The notes under the pieces were generated by a model, which ran no database searches, had not been told where the DNA came from, and worked only from the letters and a program-made list of their open reading frames with translations. A program made the position numbers and the translations under genes. A stretch of DNA of 64,000 nucleotides, from the NCBI GenBank assembly GCA_018656065.1, contig JABHZY010000024.1, forward strand, positions 288,970 through 352,969, written 5' to 3'. Below, piece after piece: positions 26,817 through 36,296 of this stretch (position 1 is its first letter; each line of letters starts with the position of its first letter). Origin of the DNA: Candidatus Komeilibacteria bacterium (GTDB taxonomy: Bacteria > Patescibacteriota > Patescibacteriia > UBA1558 > GWA2-36-10).

Positions 26817-28553
26817 TTACATCTTGGAAACTCTCATAATTTCCTCAACGGTAGTCATTCCTAATAAAACTTTAATAACACCATCCTGTTCCATGGTAAT
26901 AAAGTTTTGTTTAGCTAATTCTTTGTCTACTTCGGCTCGATCAAAACCTTTGGCAATAATATCTTTAAATCCTCTAGTGACGTGAATAGCTTCAGCAATA
27001 GAAAGTCTACCCTTATAACCTGTCTGACCGCAGTTAGCACAGCCCTTACCTTTATAAAAAGTAAAACTATTTTTATCAACCTCTCCGTAAAAAGCTTCAT
27101 CTGGAATAGTGCTAAGATGCTCTTTAAGATTTTTTTCTACATCAGGTGGTAATTTATCTTCTGCCTTACATTTTAAACAAATTTTACGCACCAATCGTTG
27201 GGCCACTACTGCATTAAGAGTACTGGCCAATAAAAACGGCTCAACTTTCATATCAAAAAGCCTAGGAATGGCCCCAATAGCACTATTAGTATGGAGAGTA
27301 GTTAATACAGAGTGACCAGTTAAACCAGCATGAATAGCTAATTCAGCCGTTTCATTATCACGAATCTCACCAACCATGATAATATCTGGATCTTGACGAA
27401 GTAAAGCCCGAAGACCACTGGCAAAAGTAAAATTAACTTCTGGCCTTATTTGTGATTGATTAACCCCTGGAATATAATACTCGACTGGATCTTCTAAAGT
27501 AGCAATATTTACATCTTCTTGATTAAGAAATGATAAAAAAGCAAATAAAGTTGTGGATTTACCAGAACCAGTTGGACCAGTTAATAAAAACATTCCATTG
27601 GGTTTATGAACATTCTTTTCAATTACTTTAAGTTGTAGTCCTAGGAAACCTAGATCTGAAAAACTAGGTGCCTTATCTGGTGTCGCTAAAATACGCATTA
27701 CTACCTTTTCTTGCCCCATCAATGGAATAGTAGATATACGAAAATCAATATCTTTATTATGTACTTTCATACGGATACGACCATCTTGAGGTATCCTAGT
27801 TTCATCAATTTTTAAGTTAGCCATTACCTTAATCCTAGAAACTAAAGCGGAGTGAACATATATTGGTAATACTATAGTAGTGTGTAATACACCATCAATT
27901 CTATACCTTACTTTAGATTGATTACTCACTGGTTCTATATGAATATCAGAAGCACGTCCTTCTATGGCATGACGAAGTACTACGGAAACAATTTTAGAAA
28001 CTGGAGCACTTTTTACTACATCACTAACATCGCCATCTAAATCTATTTCTTCTTCTTTGGGAGCAAAAATTGCCTCAGCTGTGTCTAAGGCCTCTCCCAC
28101 TTCTTCTCCTAAAGTCTCATATTGTTTAGCTGCCGCTCTATAACTATCTTCAGAAATAATATGATATTTGACTTTAAATTTCTTTTTACGTGCCAAATAA
28201 TTAAGAGCCTCAATAGCTTTAAAATTAGTAGGATCTACTAAACCAGCTTCTATATTAGCCCCCTCTTTATTGAAGACTACCATCTTATAATTTTCAGATA
28301 GATCTTCTGGTAAAATATTCAATACTTCTGAATCAATTTTACGACCTACTAAATTAACATATTCCAAATCATAAAAAACACCCTTGGCTTGTACCCAGTC
28401 TTCGTCAGATATCAAAATAGCACGACGAGCTTGTTTTTCTAATTCATCAAAAGTAGCATACTCACTAGTAGTCAGCTCTTTATATTGCTCATCAGTTAAT
28501 AAATTTTTCTCTTTCAAAAAATCTAAAAGTTTTTGTGCTTCTTGTTTTGTCAT
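26817..28553 (-). CDS. pilB: type IV pilus assembly ATPase PilB (GspE family)
   Basis: 578 aa. It has canonical Walker A GPTGSGKSTT, Asp box LEDPVEY, Walker B IIMVGEIRD, His box TTLHTN, and a tetra-Cys motif CLKC..CANC. Confidence 0.95.
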   Translation of the reverse strand: MTKQEAQKLLDFLKEKNLLTDEQYKELTTSEYATFDELEKQARRAILISDEDWVQAKGVFYDLEYVNLVGRKIDSEVLNILPEDLSENYKMVVFNKEGANIEAGLVDPTNFKAIEALNYLARKKKFKVKYHIISEDSYRAAAKQYETLGEEVGEALDTAEAIFAPKEEEIDLDGDVSDVVKSAPVSKIVSVVLRHAIEGRASDIHIEPVSNQSKVRYRIDGVLHTTIVLPIYVHSALVSRIKVMANLKIDETRIPQDGRIRMKVHNKDIDFRISTIPLMGQEKVVMRILATPDKAPSFSDLGFLGLQLKVIEKNVHKPNGMFLLTGPTGSGKSTTLFAFLSFLNQEDVNIATLEDPVEYYIPGVNQSQIRPEVNFTFASGLRALLRQDPDIIMVGEIRDNETAELAIHAGLTGHSVLTTLHTNSAIGAIPRLFDMKVEPFLLASTLNAVVAQRLVRKICLKCKAEDKLPPDVEKNLKEHLSTIPDEAFYGEVDKNSFTFYKGKGCANCGQTGYKGRLSIAEAIHVTRGFKDIIAKGFDRAEVDKELAKQNFITMEQDGVIKVLLGMTTVEEIMRVSKM

Positions 28554-28577
28554 TAAAAATACTTTAGATTGTAAATT

Positions 28578-28940
28578 TTATCTATCACCCTCACCACTCT
28601 CATCGATTGAAATACCAGCAACAAAAGGGCTCGGATTACCAATATTTTCTTCTATATCTATGTTTATTTCCATATCTTGTAATCTATTAAATTGATCATT
28701 AGTATAAAAATCTTCCCAAATAGTTCCGGGAAAAAAATCAACATCCAAAAAATCATTTATATTACTTATAGCACCTTCTTTTACTTTATACACATACTCT
28801 ATATGTATATCTGATAGCTCTTCCTGTTCAAAATCAAGAGGTTTTAAAGTTTTAAAAGTCCAAATACCACTACCAATAGCCACTACAGCGAGTACTGCTA
28901 ATAAAATCATAATAGTTTTTTTGTCACTCTTTTTTTTCAT
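28578..28940 (-). CDS. small N-terminally anchored protein in the pilus operon, unknown function
   Basis: 120 aa with a single TM segment (IMILLAVLAVVAIGSGIW) and an acidic ectodomain. Confidence 0.4.
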   Translation of the reverse strand: MKKKSDKKTIMILLAVLAVVAIGSGIWTFKTLKPLDFEQEELSDIHIEYVYKVKEGAISNINDFLDVDFFPGTIWEDFYTNDQFNRLQDMEINIDIEENIGNPSPFVAGISIDESGEGDR

Positions 28941-28946
28941 AATAAA

Positions 28947-29705
28947 CTATTGATAATAAGTTATTAAATCTAGATTAAAAATATAACTAGCCTCTCCTTC
29001 AGCTGCTATCTCTGCAAAGCCGATAGTTTGTATATCTAACAAACGAATACTATTTTCCAGTTCTGAAATATAATTTTTAAATTGAGTATAAACATCAGCG
29101 CCAACTATTTCATCATCTTCAGATATAGTTTTTGAAACACTAAGATCAACTATTGTAGATTTGATGCCAGTTGTAGCTAATACATCATCAACTGAGACTA
29201 CAGCAGGCTCTTCATTAAAAAATTCCTCATCTAATTGCGCTGCAGCTGCCTCATCTGTTAAATTACTAGTATCAGTCACCAATCTATTACCTGTTGCTCT
29301 TTTTGGAGCACTTTCACTGATACTTATATTCAATAATTGAAAATCATGCTTTTTAGCTAATTGATCAGATATTACAAAAAGTTCAGCTGTTTGAGGAGTA
29401 TAGGGAACTATTTTTTTCAATAAATCTAAATCTTCTTGACGATTATTCATTATGTCTTTATATTCTGCCTCTAGTTGTTCTAATTTTGTAAGTAGAAGTT
29501 CATTCTTTACTTTTCTATCTAATTCTTCGGTGTTTTCTAAGTTAGCTGAACTAATACTATCTATCTTTGGTCTCAATATAAAAAAGTAACTAGAAAATAA
29601 AATAGCTAAAACAATAAAAGCTATAATAAACATTATATAACGGTTTGCCAGTAGTAATAATTCTGAAGGCTGTTCAAATTCTATTTCTTTTTTGTCTTTT
29701 CTCAT
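28947..29705 (-). CDS. PilO-like pilus alignment protein
   Basis: 252 aa with a TM segment then a coiled coil (LEQLEAEYKDIMNNRQEDLDLLKKIVP). It sits after the PilN-like gene. Confidence 0.5.
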   Translation of the reverse strand: MRKDKKEIEFEQPSELLLLANRYIMFIIAFIVLAILFSSYFFILRPKIDSISSANLENTEELDRKVKNELLLTKLEQLEAEYKDIMNNRQEDLDLLKKIVPYTPQTAELFVISDQLAKKHDFQLLNISISESAPKRATGNRLVTDTSNLTDEAAAAQLDEEFFNEEPAVVSVDDVLATTGIKSTIVDLSVSKTISEDDEIVGADVYTQFKNYISELENSIRLLDIQTIGFAEIAAEGEASYIFNLDLITYYQ

Positions 29706-29735
29706 AATATTTCAACCACGTTCAATATATAAATT

Positions 29736-31211
29736 TTATTCCTCGTCACCCTCTTCTTCATCCGAAGAATCATCAATCTCATAAATATAATCTGGATTAT
29801 ATGTAAATAATAATGGATTTAATACTAGAGTTATATCAAAGTCTATATTACCTTCAGAATCATTATATTGAGCAGAAGACACATCTGCAGACACTACAAA
29901 TTCTAAAGCTTCTTCTTGCTGTAAAACTTTAATCTGGCGAGCTACTGAATTAAAATCTGTTCCAACGGCCTGTAAAGTTATAGCTCCACCATTACCAGCA
30001 CTCAAACCAGAATAATAAACCTCAGCTACAGTATACTTTTCTAATAATTGAAAAAAGTTTGTCCAATATAAATGAAAACTTAATAACTTATGTATTGCTT
30101 TTATTTCTTCTCCTAATTGACTGATATCATTATTTAAATCTTCATAATCCAATATCTTCTTTTCTAAATTAGTAATCTGATCTGATCTAGTATTTTTTTG
30201 TAATTCTACATTTTTGACTTGAAAAAATAAAAATCCATAAAATATACCAACAATAATGGTTGAGCCTAAAAAAGCGGTTAATAATAAATTTATTACTTGC
30301 CCCCAGCTTCTAGTTCTAGCAGCAGTTGGAATTAAATCTACCCCTCCTCCATTATCTAAAAGTTTAGCCCTGATTCTTGGCTGAGGTTGATGAAATTTTG
30401 ATTTTATCTGCTTTTTTTCTTTTTTAGGTTTTGAGTCTTTAATTTTTACAACAGGTAATTTCTGATTCTGAATTTGTGGAACAACTGGGATAGAAAAATC
30501 ACTAGCTTTAGTTTCTTCAACTTTAGCTGGCTCAGGGGCTTTTTCTTCAATTTTAAGAGCCGTTGGTTTTAAATCTTTTAACTCGGGGATAGCTTTAATT
30601 TTGTCTTTATCAAGTTCTGGTAATTTTTCCTCTATCTTTGGCTTGATTTTTGTATCTTGAGCTACTATTGGCTTAGCTGGCACTTTTTCTACTTTCGGAA
30701 CCTTAGGACCCTTTGGTTTAGCAGCAAAAAATGCTTTTAATTTATCAAAAAAAGATAGCCCTTTTAACTTAGTTTCTTTTGGTTTTTCGTCTTTCTTTTC
30801 ATTTTTAACATCTCCCAAAACACTATCTTTATAATCTATACTAAAATTATTTTTTGGTCTTGGTTTTTCTTTATCTGGAATATGTAAAGCAGTTTTTGCT
30901 TCTTTATCTTTTGGTTTTTCGTCTTTCTTCTCTTTTTTAGGCTTTGGTTTTCTATGATCTTTTTTCTTCTCTTTTTTAGGCTTATCTATGGCATCACCAA
31001 ATTTTTTAGGCTTATGAAAAGCCTTTTTCAATTTATCCCAAAAAGATGGTCCTTGTGATTTTTCTTTCTTATTAGTAGATTTATCTGGAGATACAAAATC
31101 AAAGTCAAATTCTGCTTTATTTTTGACCTTGGATAAAATGCTAGATTCTTTAGACCTAAGGTCTTCTGGCATTAAATTTATTCCTTTTTTTTCCTTACCA
31201 TCTTTATCCAT
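29736..31211 (-). CDS. PilN-like protein with a ~280-aa Lys/Pro/Glu-rich insert
   Basis: 491 aa. It has N-terminal INLMPEDL (the PilM-binding-type motif), a long KPKKEKK-type low-complexity region, a second DLIP motif, one TM segment (VINLLLTAFLGSTIIVGIFYGFLFF), a PilN-like periplasmic domain and an acidic tail. Confidence 0.6.
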   Translation of the reverse strand: MDKDGKEKKGINLMPEDLRSKESSILSKVKNKAEFDFDFVSPDKSTNKKEKSQGPSFWDKLKKAFHKPKKFGDAIDKPKKEKKKDHRKPKPKKEKKDEKPKDKEAKTALHIPDKEKPRPKNNFSIDYKDSVLGDVKNEKKDEKPKETKLKGLSFFDKLKAFFAAKPKGPKVPKVEKVPAKPIVAQDTKIKPKIEEKLPELDKDKIKAIPELKDLKPTALKIEEKAPEPAKVEETKASDFSIPVVPQIQNQKLPVVKIKDSKPKKEKKQIKSKFHQPQPRIRAKLLDNGGGVDLIPTAARTRSWGQVINLLLTAFLGSTIIVGIFYGFLFFQVKNVELQKNTRSDQITNLEKKILDYEDLNNDISQLGEEIKAIHKLLSFHLYWTNFFQLLEKYTVAEVYYSGLSAGNGGAITLQAVGTDFNSVARQIKVLQQEEALEFVVSADVSSAQYNDSEGNIDFDITLVLNPLLFTYNPDYIYEIDDSSDEEEGDEE

Positions 31212-31214
31212 AAA

Positions 31215-32423
31215 TTAAATATCACGCATAGCTAAACCTACTGCGGCAGACATTCTTGGACCCACTTCTTGAAGAGCTGGTTTAAGATCCAGTGGATAAA
31301 CTATTCTATCCCAAGGATCACCGATTATAACCTGAATATTTAAAAGTTCTGCTAAATATTCTGGCAAACTTGGCAAAAATGCACTACCACCTGTTAAAAC
31401 AATTTTATCTATACGACTATTACCCTTACCCTGTCTTTGATATAATTCAAAAACGTATTTTATTTCATTAATGATAGAATTTAAAGATTTTTGAATTGTA
31501 TCTGGGACATTTTTAAATCCTCCACCTGCTAAACCAAAATCTCTCTTAAATTGTTCCGCTCTATCTTGATTTATATTAAGACTATTCATAATAGTCTTGG
31601 TAATAAATTCACCTCCTGTATCTATACCTCTATTAAGGATTGGCACTCCTTCTTCTATAATACAAATATCTGCTGTAGTAGCACCTATATCTACTATCAT
31701 TACCGTTGAATTATCATTACCAATCAAAGAACGAGATAAAGCAAAGGCTTCTGTTTCTAAACTAAGTAAATTAAACTTAGCTCTTTTAAAAATGTCTATA
31801 TAACGGGCTACTAAATTTTTAGGAGCAGCTGTTAATAATATTCTATAGTTACTATTATCTGTACTAGGCCTAATTAATTTATCTTCATTTTTTAAAGTAG
31901 CCTTTGGCCTAGCAGAACTAATATCTGCCTTAGCTTCTTTGATGCTTTGATCTAGTTCGTCTGATAAATTTTCTTTAGTTTCTTCTAACTTAAGAGACTT
32001 ATCTTCTTCTTTTTTCTTGTCTGTTTTCTTTAGTTTCTTTTTATTAAGTATTTTCCAATCCAAAATCATCTCTTCCAAAGGCACTGGAATAAACTTTTTA
32101 GCCTCCCATTTTATTGCCGAAGATAAATCTTTCTTTGGCATAGGTGGTAAATTAATAATAAAATTAAATACAGAAAAAGTAGGTAGCGCAGCCACTACTT
32201 GCCTAGTCTGAACGTTGGATTTTTGAGCAATATCGACTATATAATCAGCTATGATTTGATTATTTTTATCTATGGAGCTACTAAGCACATTTATAGCAAT
32301 ATCGGCATAACCATAGGTCTTTAATTTAGCTTGATTTTTGTAATTTTCAAGCTCAACCATCTTAATACTAGATGTGCCTATATCAATTCCTAAATAACTG
32401 GTACTACTAGAAAATAAACCCAT
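31215..32423 (-). CDS. pilM: PilM (actin-like ATPase of the pilus alignment complex) with a Lys-rich insertion
   Basis: 402 aa, YLGIDIGTSSIKMVELE, VDIGATTADICII, LTGGSA. A ~70-aa K/E-rich insert sits at aa ~125-195. Confidence 0.85.
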   Translation of the reverse strand: MGLFSSSTSYLGIDIGTSSIKMVELENYKNQAKLKTYGYADIAINVLSSSIDKNNQIIADYIVDIAQKSNVQTRQVVAALPTFSVFNFIINLPPMPKKDLSSAIKWEAKKFIPVPLEEMILDWKILNKKKLKKTDKKKEEDKSLKLEETKENLSDELDQSIKEAKADISSARPKATLKNEDKLIRPSTDNSNYRILLTAAPKNLVARYIDIFKRAKFNLLSLETEAFALSRSLIGNDNSTVMIVDIGATTADICIIEEGVPILNRGIDTGGEFITKTIMNSLNINQDRAEQFKRDFGLAGGGFKNVPDTIQKSLNSIINEIKYVFELYQRQGKGNSRIDKIVLTGGSAFLPSLPEYLAELLNIQVIIGDPWDRIVYPLDLKPALQEVGPRMSAAVGLAMRDI

Positions 32424-32466
32424 ATTTTTGTCTAATTTTATTTAAAATTCCCTAAATATTTATATA

Positions 32467-32475
32467 ATTATAACA
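32467..32475 (-). promoter_or_regulatory. extended -10 element (TGtTATAAT) upstream of pilM
   Basis: The minus strand reads ATGTTATAAT, ~44 nt upstream of the pilM ATG. Confidence 0.4.
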
Positions 32476-32505
32476 TATTTTACCCTTTTAATCCAAGAAT
32501 TATTT

Positions 32506-34842
32506 CTAATTCTCGCTAAATCTGGGGATAACGTTACTAAAATCTTCAAAACCAGGCGGCGGGTTAGCTTGAAGGCGTCCATCGTTAATAAAATTCTCTG
32601 ATGGTTCACCGGTAGAGACATCTATAAAATATCTTCCCAGGTCAAAATATTTTGCCATAACATTTCCAGAAACAGTCAATGAATTCATAGAACATTGCCC
32701 TGGAGTGCCCTCACAAGTAATAATCTGCCCACAACCAGGATCTGGCACTTCTGGTGACACGAAAGAACAAGAATTACCATCACCTAAAACAATAAAAGTT
32801 CCGGCTAACTTACTTACTTGCCAATTTATTTTTAAATCACCTTCTATTATCCAAACTAAAGATGGAATACGTATTAAATTCTCAACAGAACCCAACTCAT
32901 ACTCAATATCTTCATTGATAGTTAAATCACCCTCTACCCAAATTATACCTGTAGCATTTGGAATCAGGTCAGAACCACTAGGCACTGTTATGGCACTATC
33001 TACAGTTAATGGACCGCCTGAAGGCTGATAGCGATGAATAGCACCGCCCGTAGGTGTGCTAGCATTAAAAGTAGTTCCCGAAATAACTACGATATCTGAA
33101 CCATATTTATTAATATTGTTTCCATTTTCATGGTCTGTAATTAAACCATAACGATCAATACTACCTAAGGCATTAGAATATTTACCATCACTAAGACTAA
33201 AAAAATCAATCATTGGCCTATATGGAAATTCACCTTGATAAATACCAGATAAAGTACTAGAACTAACAAAATTAGTAATACTACCACCTGACTCAATAAG
33301 ATATGAAGCATTATAATGACCAAAAGGAGGTAAATATCTGCCCGTAATATCACCTCTAGAATAAACACTTCCTCCATCTACAGCTAGATAAGGTTTAGTT
33401 GATGTCACTACTCGAGGACCAAATTGAAACCAACCTAAACCATAGATCTCTCCTCCTTCATCGTAGGCATTCCAACCCCAACCACAAAGATTAGCCCTCT
33501 CTCCATCAGGATCAGGAGGAGGAGTAGGAAAAGAACCTACATCAAGATTATAATGTTTATGATCAAGCATTACGCCAGGAGAATAATAAGTCTCTTGGCA
33601 CATATTGCAACTATTAATATTACCTTGATACGTGTTAATACCACAGGTATTATCATAATTTGCTATACTACACTCACTACAATTATAAGCCCCTATTAAT
33701 TTCTTTAAGGAGCCTGTTGGACGAGAAATACATTCATCTGCTCCGCCAGCACAATCCCCTGGTGAATAATCCGTACAATCATACTCTATATCGTAATAGC
33801 AAGTGCTAATTTCTTCACAAATACCAGAAGGACAATCATCAATACTTCTACATGAAATAGTTGGGGTATCAGCACATCTACCTGGATAATAAAAATATTC
33901 TAAACAATTTTCACAACTATAGTCTATATCTGTTTGAATACATGCTCCATGTGCTACAGGTATTTCAATACAGGTACCAAAATCATAATTTCCATCATTA
34001 CAATCAGGAACAGTAAACATACAAGGACGATCTTGATTACCTGAGCATCTCCCCTCCTCTGTAGTATCACATATATTCTGATCTAAACTATCCCCTACAG
34101 CACAATTAATATCATTATGATCGTCCGTTTGAATCTCACAGCTAGCTACCCATTCTTCATAACAATTAAAACAACCTGCTATATCTTTTACGTTACCCGG
34201 AGGCGTAGAACCTGGCGGACCTATGTATGGCGCATCGTCATCTAAATCAGCTGAAGATAAAATAGGAAAACCTAATTGCCAAGCACCATCATCATAAAAT
34301 TCGCAAGCACCATTTGGACAATCAGCATCTTCTAAACAATCGTCGCCTGAATTATCACTAGCTGCATTACATGTCCAATTTTCTTGGCCAATAATACTAG
34401 CAAAAGTTGTACTAGCTAGAGCATTTAAATGTGTGGTAGAAGTTGCGACATTGGCAGTTGGCCCTCCAACAGCAGACTGTCCAGAAAAACAAATCCAGCC
34501 TAATGGATTACCACCGTTATTTAGCAGGTTACCAGACCAAGTACAACCTTTGACATTACCACTTGAATCTACTGTCAAACCATAATCATCTGGATTAGTT
34601 GGCCATTGAGTAACAACGTTATCACAACTATCTTCATATTCACCTGGAGTATCAAAATCATTATAACAATTCAAACTAAGCCACCCAGATGCTGAAGACC
34701 ATGCCCAACCTCCTATTGGATAGGGATAAGAACTTATTTCTGCATTACTAGTGACTGATTTTTGTATTAAAATCAACGAAACTGCCAAAACAGCCATAAT
34801 CACGATACGACTATAAAAATGGAAATGAAAGTCGGACTTCAT
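32506..34842 (-). CDS. large secreted Cys-rich protein, unknown function
   Basis: 778 aa with an N-terminal anchor/signal. It has repeated Trp motifs GGWAWSSASGWLSLNC, LGWICFSG and CGWGWNAY..LGWFQF. A central ~300 aa are dense in Cys, and the C-terminal third looks beta-rich. Confidence 0.6.
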   Translation of the reverse strand: MKSDFHFHFYSRIVIMAVLAVSLILIQKSVTSNAEISSYPYPIGGWAWSSASGWLSLNCYNDFDTPGEYEDSCDNVVTQWPTNPDDYGLTVDSSGNVKGCTWSGNLLNNGGNPLGWICFSGQSAVGGPTANVATSTTHLNALASTTFASIIGQENWTCNAASDNSGDDCLEDADCPNGACEFYDDGAWQLGFPILSSADLDDDAPYIGPPGSTPPGNVKDIAGCFNCYEEWVASCEIQTDDHNDINCAVGDSLDQNICDTTEEGRCSGNQDRPCMFTVPDCNDGNYDFGTCIEIPVAHGACIQTDIDYSCENCLEYFYYPGRCADTPTISCRSIDDCPSGICEEISTCYYDIEYDCTDYSPGDCAGGADECISRPTGSLKKLIGAYNCSECSIANYDNTCGINTYQGNINSCNMCQETYYSPGVMLDHKHYNLDVGSFPTPPPDPDGERANLCGWGWNAYDEGGEIYGLGWFQFGPRVVTSTKPYLAVDGGSVYSRGDITGRYLPPFGHYNASYLIESGGSITNFVSSSTLSGIYQGEFPYRPMIDFFSLSDGKYSNALGSIDRYGLITDHENGNNINKYGSDIVVISGTTFNASTPTGGAIHRYQPSGGPLTVDSAITVPSGSDLIPNATGIIWVEGDLTINEDIEYELGSVENLIRIPSLVWIIEGDLKINWQVSKLAGTFIVLGDGNSCSFVSPEVPDPGCGQIITCEGTPGQCSMNSLTVSGNVMAKYFDLGRYFIDVSTGEPSENFINDGRLQANPPPGFEDFSNVIPRFSEN

Positions 34843-34875
34843 TGATATATAAAAACTTAAATTTTAAAATAAATA

Positions 34876-36189
34876 CTATGGTATTGCTATTTCATAATGA
34901 TATTCTCTCCATGGAATAGGAGTTGATTCTTCATAATTACAAATAACCAATGCCCCTGTAGTGGAATTAAATACAGCCTTACCTACATCATCAGCACTAT
35001 TACAAGAAGAATCCGGTGGATTTGAAGTTACCTCAGGAAATTTAATATAACCATTAAACACTGATAAATCACCATTCTTAACAGCTACTCCACCGCCTAT
35101 AACAGACACTCCGCCTGCACTAACTTTTAAATCTCCACTAGCAACTTCTACGTCCCCCGTAAAATACCCAGCATAATCCCCAACTCCCTGACTAGCTAAA
35201 ATACCTATACCGCTTGCGCTATCGGCAGCAGCTGTTACTCCAACATAACCTAAACCATATACTCCAGAACCCCCTACAGCGCTATGTTCTCCATATACAC
35301 CATATTTACCAGCAGTTTCAGCTTTACCATAAATAGCGGTTTGATCATCTGACTCTACATGTAATTGATTACTTGGCGTAGTAGTTCCTATACCTACATA
35401 ACCAGCGCTATCAAATACTACATTATCATCGTTGTGCCAAAAACGAAGATCTGCGCTACCTTCATGTTGATACATACCCCAATGAGTATTAGCACCTGAT
35501 TCTATGTTGATTTCTGCATTAATTTTACTAGGCGTTTTAATATGTAAAGACTTATTAGGAGAATTAGTACCGATACCTAAATTAGCAATAGCTCCGATGT
35601 CATCAATATAAACTAAATCATTACCACTTAAATCTTTAAAATTAATATCATTTCCAACTAAATTCAAGACTGATTTATCAGAATCTAAAAATAATATACT
35701 GGTATAACTTTTCCCATACATGCCCTTAATACTAACATCATCGGCCATATTTATATTGCCATTACTAACTAATAAATTACCACCATCTATATGTAATAAC
35801 TCATCTGGAATAGCAGTGCCAATGCCAACTCTTGGATTTGTAGAACTTACATAATGAATACCCAAAGCATTTGTGCTCCAAACTTGAGTAGATTCTGCAG
35901 GCCAAGCACTCCGACAATCTCCTGTTAAACATAAATTGGCATTGTTACTTATACTTAATGCGTTTGTGGTTGTAGCAATGGTAATATTAGTACCTACAAT
36001 ATTATAATTTCCCATGCTAAGTTCAGCTTGCATTGGATTTAAAACAAGATTTCTATTTGCTACACTACCAGGTACGCTACTAGGCTCTTGCCAAGCAGCC
36101 ATAACGTATTTTTGTACCAAAGATACGCTTAAAACTGACACTATGATTATCAAAATTGATAAATGCCAATTGTTTACTTTTTTAAACAT
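34876..36189 (-). CDS. secreted GIGT-repeat fibre-like protein, paralog A
   Basis: 437 aa. It shares the leader NNWHLSxL..Q(K/Q)Y(V/A)xA with paralogs B and C. It has repeats (V/L)GIGTxxPxxxLH(I/V), Gly-rich strands (GVYGEHSAVGGSGVYG..AGYFTGDVEVASGDLKV), and a C-terminal Cys..GKAVFNSTTGALVIC loop. Confidence 0.65.
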   Translation of the reverse strand: MFKKVNNWHLSILIIIVSVLSVSLVQKYVMAAWQEPSSVPGSVANRNLVLNPMQAELSMGNYNIVGTNITIATTTNALSISNNANLCLTGDCRSAWPAESTQVWSTNALGIHYVSSTNPRVGIGTAIPDELLHIDGGNLLVSNGNINMADDVSIKGMYGKSYTSILFLDSDKSVLNLVGNDINFKDLSGNDLVYIDDIGAIANLGIGTNSPNKSLHIKTPSKINAEINIESGANTHWGMYQHEGSADLRFWHNDDNVVFDSAGYVGIGTTTPSNQLHVESDDQTAIYGKAETAGKYGVYGEHSAVGGSGVYGLGYVGVTAAADSASGIGILASQGVGDYAGYFTGDVEVASGDLKVSAGGVSVIGGGVAVKNGDLSVFNGYIKFPEVTSNPPDSSCNSADDVGKAVFNSTTGALVICNYEESTPIPWREYHYEIAIP

Positions 36190-36222
36190 AAGTTTATATT
36201 AAATTTTATTATTAACAAGCTT

Positions 36223-36231
36223 ATTATACCA
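36223..36231 (-). promoter_or_regulatory. extended -10 element (TGgTATAAT) upstream of paralog A
   Basis: The minus strand reads TGTGGTATAAT, ~33 nt upstream of ATG 36189 and just after the paralog-B terminator. Confidence 0.4.
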
Positions 36232-36252
36232 CAAAAGACTATCGAGCAACAA

Positions 36253-36287
36253 GAAAACAGTCCCAGGCTTAGCCTGGGACTGTTTTA
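36253..36287 (-). terminator. strong intrinsic terminator after paralog B
   Basis: ACAGTCCCAGGC-TTA-GCCTGGGACTGT (36257-36283), a 12-bp perfect stem. On the minus strand it is followed by UUUUCUUGUU. Confidence 0.85.
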
Positions 36288-36296
36288 TAAAAAATA

